From Fonticula alba ATCC 38817 (lineage: Eukaryota; Protista; Nucleariida), in the NCBI GenBank assembly GCA_000388065.2, contig KB932206.1: 64,000 nucleotides of DNA, one strand, 5' to 3'. A program made the translations under genes and the position numbers. Position 1 is the first letter of the stretch; each line of letters starts with the position of its first letter. Under the pieces are notes generated by a model that saw only the letters and a list, made by a program, of their open reading frames with translations, was not told the origin of the DNA and did not search any database. Below are positions 1 to 12,270 of the stretch, piece after piece.

Positions 1-44
1 TGGGGCTGAGGGTGTGGACCGGTGTGCGGTGTGGGGGAGGGCGC

Positions 45-1850
45 TCACTTGCTCAGGGTATCCTGATCGAAGCGGTAGATGGAGCTCAGCTGCTCGGCGC
101 TGGTGACGCACACAGCGAGGTCACGCAGGAGACCGTCACTGATGTCATAGATCCAGCCGTGCACCGAGAGCGACTGCCCCCGGGCCCAGGCGGACTGGAC
201 AATCTCGGTCTGGCAAATGTTGCCAACCTGCTCACGGACGTTCAGCTCGCAAGCACGGTCAGCCCGGCGCTCGAAGTCCTTGATGGCGGACAGCTCGGCC
301 TGGTTGGCGTAGCAGACATCCTTGATGGAGCGCAGCCAGTTGTCGATGAGCCCATGGCTGGAGCGGGTCATGGCGGCGCGCACACCACCGCACCGGTAGT
401 GGCCGCAGACGATGATGTGCTCCACGCGCAGGACCGACACGGCGTACTGCAGGACCGACAGGCAGTTGAGATCGGTGTGAACCACGACATTGGCGATGTT
501 GCGGTGGACAAACACCTCGCCCGGAGCCAGGCCCATCAGCTGGTTGGCAGGGACACGGCTGTCCGAGCAGCCGATCCACAGGAACTTGGGGGACTGCTGG
601 GAGGCCAGCTTGCGGAAGTAGTTCGGGTCCCGGTGCTTGGTCTGCTGGGCCCAGCGCTGGTTGTAGAGGAAGATCTCGGACAGGTCGCGCGACAGCTCGG
701 TGTCCTTGCTCTGGAGCTTGATGAAGCCGCTGGTGTTGCGGTCCAGCCCGGAGGGGTGGGTCTCGATGCCGGCCATGTCGTCGGTGTCGGGGATGGCGGC
801 AGCCGAGGCGACGGCCGCCGCGGCCGCGGCCTCGGAAGCAGCCAGCTCCTCATCATTGGCGATGTGGGAGAAGACCGCGCCGCCGCGGACGAAGGCCGAC
901 GGCGAGGGAGCACCCGGCGGCAGGTTGTCCTCATCACCGCCGAGGCTCATGGCACGTGGCCGGACAATGTCCCGGGTGAGGATGTCCGGGGTGGAAACCA
1001 GAGCGCGCCCATGCTCGCCCACCACGATCGACGTGTCGACGGCCATGGCGATGGATGCCGGGTCGACGGCGGCAATGCGCGCGGCGGTCGTGGTCGGCGA
1101 CATGGGGAAGTTGGTGATCGAGGGCTGCCCCACGGCAAAGCCCACCAGACCGGGGGTGGTCATCGGGGGGATGGCCGGGTGCAGGTCGAGCCGCGGCATG
1201 CCGGCCGGGATGGAGGCCGTGTGGGTGTTGGCCGCGAGGGCGCCCTGCAAGACGCGGGTGTAGTCGTGCTCGCCGTCCTCGGGGGCGGGCACAGCGACCT
1301 TGGGGTCGGGGTAGGTGACCGACTGGCTGGTGGCGGTGCTGTTGGAAGGCATGAGCTGCATTTGAGCGGGGTGGGGGAGAGAGAGAGAGAGAGGGAGGGA
1401 GGGAGCAAGCGGGAGGCGGGTCAGTGGGGGGGGGGGCACGACGGCGTGGATGTGACGGCCATGAGGAGGGGAGGTGTGACGCACAAAGGAGAGAGGCAGC
1501 AGGAGCTGCGGGATGAAGGAGAAAGGGGAGGAGGGGGGCGGCGGTGGCGTGGACGGGGGGGGAGCAGCGGCCACGGGGGGAGAACGTTCGTCGGCGGAGG
1601 GGTCGACGTCGGCGTCCTCGGCGGAGAAGGACTCGCTGAAGTAGACCGGGTGCACGGACTGCTGAGACCGGCGGAAGGGCGGCCCGAAGAGGGTGGGCTG
1701 CGAGGTGTGGAAGAAGCGCGAACCGGCGGCAACGAGGGCGGCGGCGGCGGCGGGGTGGTGGTGGTGGGGGGTGCGTGCGCTGGCGCGAAGTGAGCAACCG
1801 AATAGAGGAGCGAGTGGCTGGAGAGCAGGTCCGAGTGCCGACAGCGCCAT
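45..1850 (-). CDS. Beta-class carbonic anhydrase (Can/Nce103-like) with long low-complexity N-terminal extension and a possible mitochondrial presequence; possible in-frame intron 1439..1356
   Basis: C-terminal ~240 aa carry the beta-CA zinc-site motifs WIGCSDSRVP, GEVFVHRNIANVV, CGHYRCGGV and HGWIYD. True ATG at 1850 (MALSALG...), stop at 45-47. Segment 1356-1439 has a GTGCCC donor, ACTGAC branch, pyrimidine tract and TGCAG acceptor (84 nt, frame-preserving). Confidence 0.93.
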   Translation of the reverse strand: MALSALGPALQPLAPLFGCSLRASARTPHHHHPAAAAALVAAGSRFFHTSQPTLFGPPFRRSQQSVHPVYFSESFSAEDADVDPSADERSPPVAAAPPPSTPPPPPSSPFSFIPQLLLPLSFVRHTSPPHGRHIHAVVPPPPLTRLPLAPSLPLSLSLPHPAQMQLMPSNSTATSQSVTYPDPKVAVPAPEDGEHDYTRVLQGALAANTHTASIPAGMPRLDLHPAIPPMTTPGLVGFAVGQPSITNFPMSPTTTAARIAAVDPASIAMAVDTSIVVGEHGRALVSTPDILTRDIVRPRAMSLGGDEDNLPPGAPSPSAFVRGGAVFSHIANDEELAASEAAAAAAVASAAAIPDTDDMAGIETHPSGLDRNTSGFIKLQSKDTELSRDLSEIFLYNQRWAQQTKHRDPNYFRKLASQQSPKFLWIGCSDSRVPANQLMGLAPGEVFVHRNIANVVVHTDLNCLSVLQYAVSVLRVEHIIVCGHYRCGGVRAAMTRSSHGLIDNWLRSIKDVCYANQAELSAIKDFERRADRACELNVREQVGNICQTEIVQSAWARGQSLSVHGWIYDISDGLLRDLAVCVTSAEQLSSIYRFDQDTLSK

Positions 1851-1884
1851 GGCAGCGGGTCCTCTTATACTAGGCGCGCAAAGG

Positions 1885-2527
1885 NNNNNNNNNNNNNNNN
1901 NNNNNNNNNNNNNNNNNNNNNNNNNNNNNNNNNNNNNNNNNNNNNNNNNNNNNNNNNNNNNNNNNNNNNNNNNNNNNNNNNNNNNNNNNNNNNNNNNNNN
2001 NNNNNNNNNNNNNNNNNNNNNNNNNNNNNNNNNNNNNNNNNNNNNNNNNNNNNNNNNNNNNNNNNNNNNNNNNNNNNNNNNNNNNNNNNNNNNNNNNNNN
2101 NNNNNNNNNNNNNNNNNNNNNNNNNNNNNNNNNNNNNNNNNNNNNNNNNNNNNNNNNNNNNNNNNNNNNNNNNNNNNNNNNNNNNNNNNNNNNNNNNNNN
2201 NNNNNNNNNNNNNNNNNNNNNNNNNNNNNNNNNNNNNNNNNNNNNNNNNNNNNNNNNNNNNNNNNNNNNNNNNNNNNNNNNNNNNNNNNNNNNNNNNNNN
2301 NNNNNNNNNNNNNNNNNNNNNNNNNNNNNNNNNNNNNNNNNNNNNNNNNNNNNNNNNNNNNNNNNNNNNNNNNNNNNNNNNNNNNNNNNNNNNNNNNNNN
2401 NNNNNNNNNNNNNNNNNNNNNNNNNNNNNNNNNNNNNNNNNNNNNNNNNNNNNNNNNNNNNNNNNNNNNNNNNNNNNNNNNNNNNNNNNNNNNNNNNNNN
2501 NNNNNNNNNNNNNNNNNNNNNNNNNNN
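1885..2527. other. Assembly gap (N)
   Basis: Run of N. Confidence 1.
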
Positions 2528-3011
2528 CGGGGGGATGGTCGCCCGCTGCCCTGTGGCCGGGGTTGGTCAAGAATGACGCGCCCATCCGGGCGCCTGGGCG
2601 CGGCGCGAGGGAGCGAGGCGAGGCGGCCAAGGACCCCAAACAAGACTCGGCCCGGGCGCAGGGGCAAGGGGGCGTGCACTGACTGGGGGGGGGGGGGGGG
2701 CGAAGCTGGCAGCGAGCCAAGGCGGGCCACGCGAGGGGGCCAGGTCGCAGAGATCTCCGTCCCATCGCATCTCCCACCCTGGGGGACACGATGTTTGGGG
2801 GACAGGGAAGCCATGGAGCCGGGGCACCTTGCGAGCCCCCGGCAGCCGGGGCCCCGGGACGCGCCGGCAAGAACAGCGCCGAGCAGGGACCAGGCGGGGT
2901 GGTACCCATCGGCCTGGAGACACCGCGGCCGGGGACAGAGGAGCGTGGGGCGCGGCCAGGAGGGCCAGACGACGATCGGCCCCCCCCAGACCACCCTGCG
3001 GGGGGGCCGGT

Positions 3012-3044
<33 letters not shown>

Positions 3045-6000
3045 ACAACACAGGCGGAGCAGGCCCGGGCCGCCCGGCCGCCCTGGCGCGTCCCACCGTA
3101 CTGGTTGCCGCGGTGCCGTGGTGCCGGCCTGGACGCCCTCCCCTTGCCCCGGGCAGCGGGGGCGCTCGTTGGCCCGGACGCCATGCTCCTTTGCACATGA
3201 AAAGGCTGCGCCCTGCAAGGCAGCCCTGTCTGCTGTGGGGGGGGGGGAGCGCGGGGACCAAGGCATCAACTGGCCCGGTTGCCGGCGAGCGGGGGGCGCG
3301 AGGGACGCGCAAGAGACAACACCCATCGGCACGCCCTTGCCGGTGGTGGGGAGGGGGGGGCCCGCGCTCGGCGGAAGGTCCCCAGCTCGTGGCCAAGGAG
3401 CCACTCTCCTGGCACCTTGGAGGGGGGAGGGGGGGGAGCGGCAGGCCGAAAGGCGGTGCTCAAACCGGTTACGTCCTCGTCTTGCTCGGTGTCGGGCGGC
3501 GGGGGCGCCCTCTCGGGCAGAGGCGCGACCCCCGGGGGCCAAGCCAAGGCCCCTCTCGAGCTCATGCGCGCGCTCGAACAACGCACACCGCCCCGGCGCC
3601 GCCGACGGCCGGGGGCCGGGAACCGACAACCCCGCCTCTCCACGGTGTCCACGCGGCGCCGGCCATCATCTTGCGGAGCGGGCCCCCGAACGGCGGCCCT
3701 TCGGCCCCCCAGCCCCGGGAGCACCCACCTCGACGGGAGCGCACTCTAGCACGGCCCCGGGAGCGCGCGGCTGCCTGCCGGAGAGCACGCCGACCGCCAC
3801 CGTCCCCCCCCCCCCCCCCCTGGACCGAAGACCCCGGCGTGGCAAGCAAACAGCCCCCGGGGGAGAGCGCAGCCCTTCTCACACAGGAAGCTCCAGCCAG
3901 AGAAGGGCGGGAATTCCACCGGGCCCGTCTCGCCCCCCTCCCATCCCCGGGCGGCGCGGGGGCGAATAGTTAGGCCCGCCGAAAGGCCACCTGCCCGACA
4001 AGAGCACCCCACCCCCCATGACTAGGAAGCCCAAAGGGGCTGGCTGTCATCTGCCGGAGACCTCAGGCGCAGAGTCGGGGCGGGGAAGGGGCAGGCGGAG
4101 TGACAAAGCACTCTGCCAGGAGAGGCCGCCGCCCAAGACCCAAGTGGCATGCTTTGCCGCCGAGGGCGACACGGAGCTGGGGATGCCCGGCATGCCTTTC
4201 TTTTGGAGTGCGCCCCGGCGCGCACATTGGCCAGCCGGGCAAGACAACCCCTTTTCAGCCGGTCGAACACCCCCCCTATTGCAGAAGGCATGCCCTCCGC
4301 GCCGGGCGAGAAAGGGTGCCACAGACCGGCGTCTACTGGAAGGGCGCCTAAAAAACAGGAGGCGCAGGTGGTGCTCGGCGCGACCGACACGCCCCGGCCC
4401 CACCCCGGAAGAGGCTCCGGGGGACGATCGAGACCCCCACCACCAGGGGCCCATTCACACCCCAGGCGCGACGGCCGGGCCCGAGAAAGCCGAGCCGAGC
4501 TCGCGGCCTGCCGCACGTCAACACAAGCCGCGGCCCGAGAGCCGCCACGTGCACACACGGACGTACGCACATCGGTCGCGTCCGCGCTCCCCCCCCCCGT
4601 GCCCCTACGCCGCGGCGGGCGTTTTTGCACGGGGTGGGGGCCTTGTCTCAACTAATAAGTCCGGCCTGTGGCCCCTTTTCCCAGGGGGACCTCGGGGCAG
4701 GGCCGCCGTGGCTCGGCAAACCCCGCGCCCGTGTGTGTACACGCTCACACGCCCAAGGAAGAAGACACGAAGCAGGCCCAGGCAGGCCCAGGCAGACAGA
4801 AGCCGCTCGTCCAAGCACTCACCCCCACGTACACATGAGTGAACGGAATGCCTCGCACTCGCCCGCACCCGCCCGCACCCCCGGCCTCGGCCCCTTTTGC
4901 TGGCGCCCGCCGGGCCGGCCCCCAAGCCAAGGGGGAAAGGGGCTCCCTCGATGGGGCGAAAAAGGCTCCACAATTTCGTTGGTTACGATCATATTCACCT
5001 GAATGCCGGCAGGGTGTTTGCCCTGGCCCTCGAGCGCAACTGAGTTACTTGGGAATACACTTTTGGGATCTTCCATCGTGATATATGGGAATATCATTCG
5101 GTCTTTCCTCTATCCGCGGGCACTCCCTTGTCACGTTGTTCTTCGAGAGTCGGATGATTTCCCCTTGCCCCCGTGCCGGCGGCCCGCCCCAGCTCGAGGA
5201 TGACAACTTGAAGTGTCTAGAAGAAGCTCTCTCTCCACGCCCTTTGTCGCTCCGGCCGTGTGCCGGCCGGCCTGTGGCCGGGGCAGGCGGGCGGCCCGCG
5301 GGCTGCTGTCCGACCGTAGCCGGCAAGGCTTCACGGTGCCGCATCCCCGGTATTTGCTGTGTGGCGCAATGGCGTCGGTGGGTCGGCCGACGGGGAGATC
5401 GGCCTGCCTGGGCATTCTCACCCTGGGCGCAGGCGGGGCAATGTTCGGGACTCGAGCCGGGCCAGCTCCGGTGGGGGGCCGGGGGGGGGGGGGGCAGATC
5501 GGCGAGTTACAACGCCCCGCCGGCGACAGGCCTTCCCACCCTCCGGGGCTCCTCACTGGTCGCCCCGCTCGGCCTGGCTAACGTCACATATATCCCTCAT
5601 TCGGGCCGCTGGCGTCTCGGATCGGTTGCCTCTAGGTGCCAACTCGCGGGGACAGGGGCACCCTCCCGCACCTTCGGCCCTGTCCGCCTCTCGCGCCTCT
5701 TGCCGTGGCCGGCCAGCCACCCAGGGGAGGACGGCCGAAAGCCCGAGAGCCAAGCAGCACCGCCGTCTCGGCAAGCTCCCCGGCCGACATCCACCAGCCT
5801 CGTCCCTCCTCTCCTGCCTTTCCCCCCTTCCCCTTTGTTGTATCTGGCCCCCCCTCCCCCCCCCCCCTCCTCGCCTCTGCATCCACCCCTCCCTCCCGGC
5901 GCGCTCCCTCAAGGTACTCCCGCCGTTGATGCTGCTTGCTGCATGTCTCCGCTTTTGCACCCTGCGCGCCTGCCGTTTGGTATACTGATCGCGCGCCCTG

Positions 6001-6056
6001 ACGACCTGATATGCACGGGGGGGAAAAAAAAAGACAGCATCGCTCCCCATCCCACC

Positions 6057-7029
6057 ATGGCCACCACCGCTGCCATCGCCACCAAGGTCGATTTCGCCGG
6101 CAAGGGCGCCTCCGAGGCCGGCCCCACCCTGGCCGACGTGGTCGCCGCCAAGAACCTCTCCTCTGCGGAGACACGTATTACCGCCCTCGAGAAGATCCTC
6201 AGCCACTGTGCGTGCCCGACTCCCCCCCCCCCCCCCCCCCTCTTTGCCCACATTCGGCACACCTGTCACCTCCCTGTCGGCTTTCGGTGGATGCGCCTCT
6301 AACGTGCAGATGCACATGTCCTTCACGGGCGCCCGCTCGCCGCCACTACCGCCACCAATCAGCCTCCATGGCCGAGGAGACCACTCGTGCCAAGGAGCAT
6401 GCTCTCCTGGCCCTGGGTGAGCAGTTTTCCGAGCTCGGGTGCGCACCACCAACAAGACCCTCCCTTTGTCCCGCCCTTCCCCTTTTTCGTCCAGGCACCT
6501 GTGTCCCCCGCTTTTTTGGCCAGCGGAAGGTGGATGATCGGCATGCGCCGCCACCTGTCACTCCAGCCCCAATCCGTCAGCCTGCTGACCTTGCCTCTTG
6601 CATACACGCCCAGTGATGGCCAGCGCCTCCAGACCCTGGTCCGCACCTCTCGCGAGTTCCTCAACTCCATTCCCAAGGCCCGCGCCTCGAAGATCGGTGC
6701 GTCGACTCCCAGACGCGTGTCCTGCCTCCTTCCGCCCTTTCCCCCAGCACGCGCATGCTGATGCCCCCACGCCGACCCCATCCTGGCCCACCACCAGTCC
6801 GCGACATGGTCGACCTCCTTGGCAAGATTCCCAACGCCCTGGACCTCCAGATTCAGACAACTCGTGAGGTGCTCCTCTGGGCCGAGGAGGATCGCAGCGC
6901 CTTCTTCCGCCAGTCGCTCGAGCTTCGCCTGGCCGCGCTGTGCGTTTTTCCCTGCTCCCCCAAATGAGCCCTCCCCTTTGGAGGGCCACTGCTCCCCCCC
7001 CCCCTCCCCCCGACACTCACCCACGCACG

Positions 7030-7072
<43 letters not shown>

Positions 7073-8624
7073 TCGATATACACGCCGTATGAAGTCTGCT
7101 TGAGGCCCGCCAGTTTTCCGAGGCCACCGGGCTCATCGACTCCCTGCTGACCGAGGTCAAGCGCCTGGATGACAAGCTCCTGCAGGCGGAGCTCCTGCTG
7201 CTGGAGAGCCGAGTTTACTTCGAGCTGCGCAACTATGCCAAGTCCCGGGCGTCCCTGACCGCCGCGCGGTCGTCCTCCAATGCGGTGTATTGCCCGCCTC
7301 CCCTGCAGGCGGCTCTGGACATGCATAGTGGCATTCTTCATGCGCAGGAGAACGACTTTAAGACCGCCTTCTCCTACTTTTACGAGGCCCTGGAGGCGTA
7401 CACCGGGCCCAAGTTCTCCGACAACAAGCAGGCCCTGCGCTCGCTGCTGTACATGCTTCTGTCGAAGATCATGATGGGGGCCGTGCGTCGCGCATCTCGC
7501 CCCTCCCCCCCTGGGGGGGGGGGGGAGTCTTTGTATTGCTGCCAGTTGTTCTTGCCACCTCCATCATGCACGGTTGTTAACACACCCCTCTTTCATTCTG
7601 CCCCCCCCCCCCCCTTTCTCTTCCCTGCTCCGCACTCATCCAATCCCATGCCGGTGCCCAGCCGGAGGACATTAGCGTCGTCCTCGGTGGCAAGGCCGCC
7701 CTGCGTATTGTGGACCATGCGGACTCTCGGGCCCCGGTGGAGGCCATGCGCGTGATTGCCCAGGCCGCTGGTGCTGCCTCGCTGTCGGACCTGCGTGCCG
7801 CGCGCGAGGAGCAGCCCCACTCGGCAGGTACGCTCATACGCCCGGCCTCTCGGTCACTCCCCTTCCGATCACCCCTGTGCACCTGCTGCTGTGTCGCACA
7901 TTGCTCCGCCCCATGGGCTGCTACTGTCTGTCGCTAACGCAAATACGCCTCCTCCTCCCCGCTCTCTCTCTCTCTCTCTCCCGCCGCCCTCTCCTTAGTT
8001 CTCTCGGTCGATCCCTTCCTGTCGATGCATCTGCGCAACCTCCAGAGCGACCTGCTGGAGAAGAGCCTGCTGCGCGCGCTCCTGCCCTACTCGCGCGTGG
8101 AGCTGTCTCGGATTGCCGAGCTTGTGGGCGTCGACGAGACCACCATCGAGACCAAGTGCGTCCCACTGGGGAAGTCTGCCATATGCTAGCTTGGTGGGGG
8201 GGGGGAGGGGGGCCTTTCGCCGGGGGGAAAGGGAAATGAGACACTGACCACCGGCCACACCGGTCCCACCATGTCCATCCATCCATTCCCCAACACAGGA
8301 TTTCGCAAATGATTCTCGGGAAGCGCTTCCGCGGCGTGCTCGACCAGGAGGCCGGGTGTCTGGAGATCTTTGATCCTGAGGACGATGACGTACGTGCCGG
8401 AATCTATGCCCACCACCCCGGGCTGGCCAGAAGCGGGGCATCCCCTGTCAGAAAGGAGTGCCATCTACTCACCACCAGTCCCTCTCTCTCTCTCTCTCCC
8501 TCCCTCCCTATCTCTCCTTCTCCTCGCCCCTGTATAGACCCTTTACGTTGAGGCTCGCGGTGTCATTGAAAACGCCGGATCTGCTGTTGACGCGCTTTTC
8601 AGCCGCGTCGCCAAGCTTAACTAA
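6057..8624 (+). CDS. RPN6: 26S proteasome lid subunit Rpn6/PSMD11 (PCI domain), 9 exons: 6057-6207, 6363-6438, 6614-6696, 6798-6939, 7095-7482, 7662-7827, 7999-8155, 8299-8389, 8538-8624 (446 aa)
   Basis: Spliced translation gives typical Rpn6 blocks: FFRQSLELRL, EVKRLDDKLL..LLLESRVY, SNAVYCPP.LQAALDMHSGILHAQE.DFKTAFSYFYEA, LLYMLLSKIM, PYSRVELSRIA, KISQMILGKRFRGVLDQEAGCL. All junctions are GT-AG and phase-consistent. Confidence 0.95.
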
Positions 8625-8957
8625 GTCCTTGGCCCGTCCTGCTGAAACAGAGGATGGAGCGGATCCTCCACCTGCCACCCAATCCCCGTCATGCCGAGGT
8701 GGAGTGGGGAAATCTCCCTCCTTTTTTCTCCCCCCCCCCCCCCCCCTTGTTCCCCACGTGCACACGCGCTAGCCGATGTTCACACCCGTGCATGCAGACA
8801 CAACGCCCCCCACCTCTGTGCCTTGCTCTGGCCGATCTGTATTTTGTAGCTCCCCGTGCTCTCCTCCTTCTCCGTGCTGCTGCCCCTCCGTGCAATGTCC
8901 TTTCCCCCCCTGCATGGCTCATCCCCTGCCTCTCGTGCAGCGGCGTCCTCTCATTCG

Positions 8958-8963
8958 AATAAA
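8958..8963 (+). terminator. Candidate polyadenylation signal (AATAAA) for RPN6
   Basis: AATAAA in an AT-rich patch about 330 nt after the RPN6 stop, in a background where such hexamers are rare. Confidence 0.5.
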
Positions 8964-9168
8964 CATACAACATCCCCCTGTAATGAGTGGCTCCTTTGCC
9001 AAGCCCTGTCCCCTCTCCTGGCCATTTTTCTCCCATCCCGCGCGCGGTGGACGTCCTCCTCTGTGCCGGGGACTCTGAAAAGGGGAAACCAAAGATCTGG
9101 CGGGGAGAGATATTGCGACATCATGACCCAAAACCGGGGTGGCACACGCATGACTTCGATGTTTTGGT

Positions 9169-9174
9169 TTTATT
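9169..9174 (-). terminator. Candidate polyadenylation signal (AATAAA on the minus strand) for RAB5
   Basis: Plus-strand TTTATT about 890 nt downstream of the RAB5 stop, convergent with the RPN6 signal. Confidence 0.4.
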
Positions 9175-9630
9175 GAGACAACAGGGGAGGAGGCGAAACG
9201 CGGCGGTAGAAATGTGCTCGTTGGTGGGAAATGAGAATGATGCGCGCTTGCCTGTGCGTGTGTGTGCGTGTGTGTGTGTGTGTGCGTGTGTGTGCCCGTA
9301 TGTGCGTGCCCCTGCGAGCCCATATGTACATGAGCATGCACGCACAAGTGGCACGAGGGGAGGGGGAACATACAATATCGCATGGGAGAAAGGCGCACAC
9401 TCACCACGCCAGGGCATGTGAGCGAGGACATATTTGGACCCCAGCAGCAGGAGGAAAGGCCAAGGGCAGGTGGGAGGTGTGGAGGAGGGAGGAAAGCGAA
9501 GAGAGAGACACACACACACACACACACAGGCACATGAGCACGCGGGTGCCGGCTCGAGGTTGGGCGCGCGCACAAGGCCGTGCACAGCACACAGCTGCAA
9601 CTGCGCATGCACAGGGAGGAGAAGTGCGTG

Positions 9631-9665
<35 letters not shown>

Positions 9666-10061
9666 AGCCGGAGGGCCACCCACACGGGAGAAATGAGAGA
9701 CGGAGTCCCCGACACACATGTGCAAACAGGCGGCCCTACACAAACAAACACAAGCAGCCAGCGTCGAGTCCCGCACGCACACGCGCAGAAAGAGAGGGAG
9801 GGAGAGAAGGAGCGGGGAGGAGGGGGAGAGGGAGAGGGAGGGCAGTCGGCGCAGTGCGACGCGCAAATGGCTCAGTGTGAAGAGAGGGGGAGAGGGAGAA
9901 GAGGAGGGGTGGGGGGGGAAAAGGGGGGGAAAGGGGGACATATGAGGGGAAGAGCACGGGAAACAGGCTCATGCGAGCACAGGGGCATGCACACGAAGTC
10001 ACGAGGAAAACGGCGACGAGGGGACGCCGCCATCCCCGGCCTGAGGCTGTTTCTCCGGCCC

Positions 10062-11005
10062 TTAGCAGCATTTCCGGCGGTTGTCCTCCTCGCCCAGGTT
10101 GACCGTCTTGCTGGAGGTATCCTGCGAGCGGGGAGCCGCGGTGGCGGCATCGGACTTGGGAATGGCCTCCGCCACGCGGGTGAAGATGAGCTTGACATTG
10201 GCATCGGTCTTGGCCGAGGCCTCGACAAAGAGGAGCTTGTTCTCCGCGGCATAGGCGCTGGCCTCCTCCTCGGACACCTGGCGCGAGTGGCTCAGATCCA
10301 GCTTGTTGCCAGCCAGGGCAATGATGATGTTGGGCGGGGCCTGGCGCTGAAGCTCACGGACCCAGGACTTGGCCCGGGTGAATGTGCTGGCATCGGAAAT
10401 GTCATAGACCACCACCGCGCAGTGGGCGCCACGGTAGTACATCGGTGCCAGACTGTGGTAACGCTCCTGGCCGGCGGTGTCCCAAATCTCGAACTTAACC
10501 GTCGTGCCGTCGCTGCACTGCACACTCTGGGTCATAAAAGCGGCTTCGGGAAGGAGGTCAAAGGGAGACACAGAGGGGGGTGGTTAGGGGGGAGGCAGGG
10601 GGGGGGGAGATGGTGTATGGACGTGTGCGTGTTTGCGTGTGTGCGTGTGCTCTGACGGTAGGGCAGGGAGAGAGAGAGAGAGAGAGAGTCGACATACCAC
10701 CGATGGTGCTCTCCTGGAACTCTTGGAACTGACCGCGCACAAAGCGCAGGGCCAGCGAGGACTTGCCGACGGAGGAGTCGCCTGGAAGGGGAAAGAAGCA
10801 GATGACGAGAGGGTGGATGCGGATGGGTGGCACGCGCCGAAGGTGGGGGACAGGGATGAGTCGGAGTCCCGGGCAAAGGGGGGATTGTTGGGTGTGAAAG
10901 GAAACTGCGGAAGAGGGAGAGGCACGCACCGAGAAGCACCAGCTTGTACTGGAAGAAAGACCGGTTGTTGCCGGACACGGCCATCGAGGTGGGCCGGTTC
11001 GCCAT
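10062..11005 (-). CDS. RAB5: Rab5-family small GTPase (Rab5/Ypt51), 3 exons: 11005-10930, 10781-10698, 10543-10062 (213 aa)
   Basis: [15 protein letters not shown] (P-loop), QESTIGAAF (Rab5 switch I), [30 protein letters not shown] and a C-terminal CC prenylation motif. Junctions are phase-consistent. Confidence 0.96.
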
Positions 11006-12225
11006 TGTGGAAACTGAGGGGCCATCAGGTGTGCATATGTGTGAGTGGCGGGTGGCAGGGAGTCGCGTTCATGGGACAGATGAGGGGAGGGGGGGCGACA
11101 GTGAAGGAGAGGGCGGGAGATGCGGAAGAGGGGGGGGGCTTACCTAAGGGGAAAGGGGAGGTGTAAGAGGAGACGTGTTGTCACACGAAAGCAGAGGGTG
11201 ATCTGGGGACGGGGCGACAATTAAGCAGGTTCAAGATGGCAAACGGGGGGGGGGGAGCGGGAGATCGGATGTGAGTTTGAGCAGGGCACTTCTAGCTGAG
11301 GAGAGAGGGAGGAGGGAGGGAGGGGGTGGGACGGAAAATGGGAGGGTAACCATGTGGTGTCCCCCTCAAGCGAAAAGGAGGATATCCCGAGGGAAGGCCA
11401 TCCCAAGAGAGGCAGTGGGGGGGAGGGGGGGAAGGGACAAGTTGTGGCCAGAGTAGGGAGGAAGAGAAAGGGCACTTGCATCAACCAGCTACAGAGGGAG
11501 GAGAGCGGCAGAGCGAGCGGGGCATGTATGTGTGGGGCGTCGAACAGCCCCCCCCCCCCCCCAGAAGCCTGGAAAGAACAGAGATGGGGGGGGGGGGCAG
11601 GTGGAAACCACGCGCCAGGGGAGAGGGGGGCCGGAGGAGGGGGAACTACGTACCGAGAGGGGCGAAAGAAGGAGAGGGCCAAGAGAGGGGGCGGCGCTTT
11701 CACAGGGCAGAAGGGGCAGGGGGGATGGAGAGCGCACAGGGGAGGGGAGAGGGGGAGAGCGCAAGCGCGAACAACCAAGAAAACGGAGCGGGGCGGGGAA
11801 GGAGGGAGAGAGCGAGGAGGAAAGGATGCGGAGTGGGTGGGAGAGCGAGGGGAAGAGGAGGGGGAGGGGCGATAAGTTCGTTGCCAGATCGGCCTGGCCC
11901 TGGTGCAGGGGTGGTGTGGCAGAAATTTTTCGCCACCATGCCCTCCGGGGGGGGGTGGGGGCAAACAGCTGGGCGCGGAGGAGAGCGAGGGGCTTCTCCC
12001 AGGCTCCAGGCGGATTCTGGCCCCGCCCCGGCCTTCCCCTGTTACGGTGCTAAGGGGGGGGGGGGGGGCCGCACAGAAGCCGCGGGCCATCCCCCTGCTC
12101 CCCCGGCCTGTGTGTGTGTGTGTGTGTTGTGCGTGCGCGTGAGCATGTGCGCGCCTGCGTATGCGTGTATATTTGTGCGTAGCATATATGTGCCCGTGCT
12201 GGGAGCTGCCGGCTCTCGCGCCCGC

Positions 12226-12227
<2 letters not shown>

Positions 12228-12269
<42 letters not shown>
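12228..12269 (+). repeat. Poly-G tract (42 nt), the longest of many G/C homopolymers
   Basis: Direct reading; length may be unreliable in this assembly. Confidence 0.85.

Positions 12270-12270
<1 letters not shown>

Noticed and set aside
45-780. Horizontal transfer of a bacterial Can-type carbonic anhydrase
   Set aside because: Fungi and other eukaryotes have the same beta-CA clade, and codon style matches neighbouring genes. No support without a phylogeny.
12-1793. 593-aa plus-strand ORF
   Set aside because: Antisense shadow of the carbonic anhydrase gene, starting at a non-ATG codon and with no family motifs.
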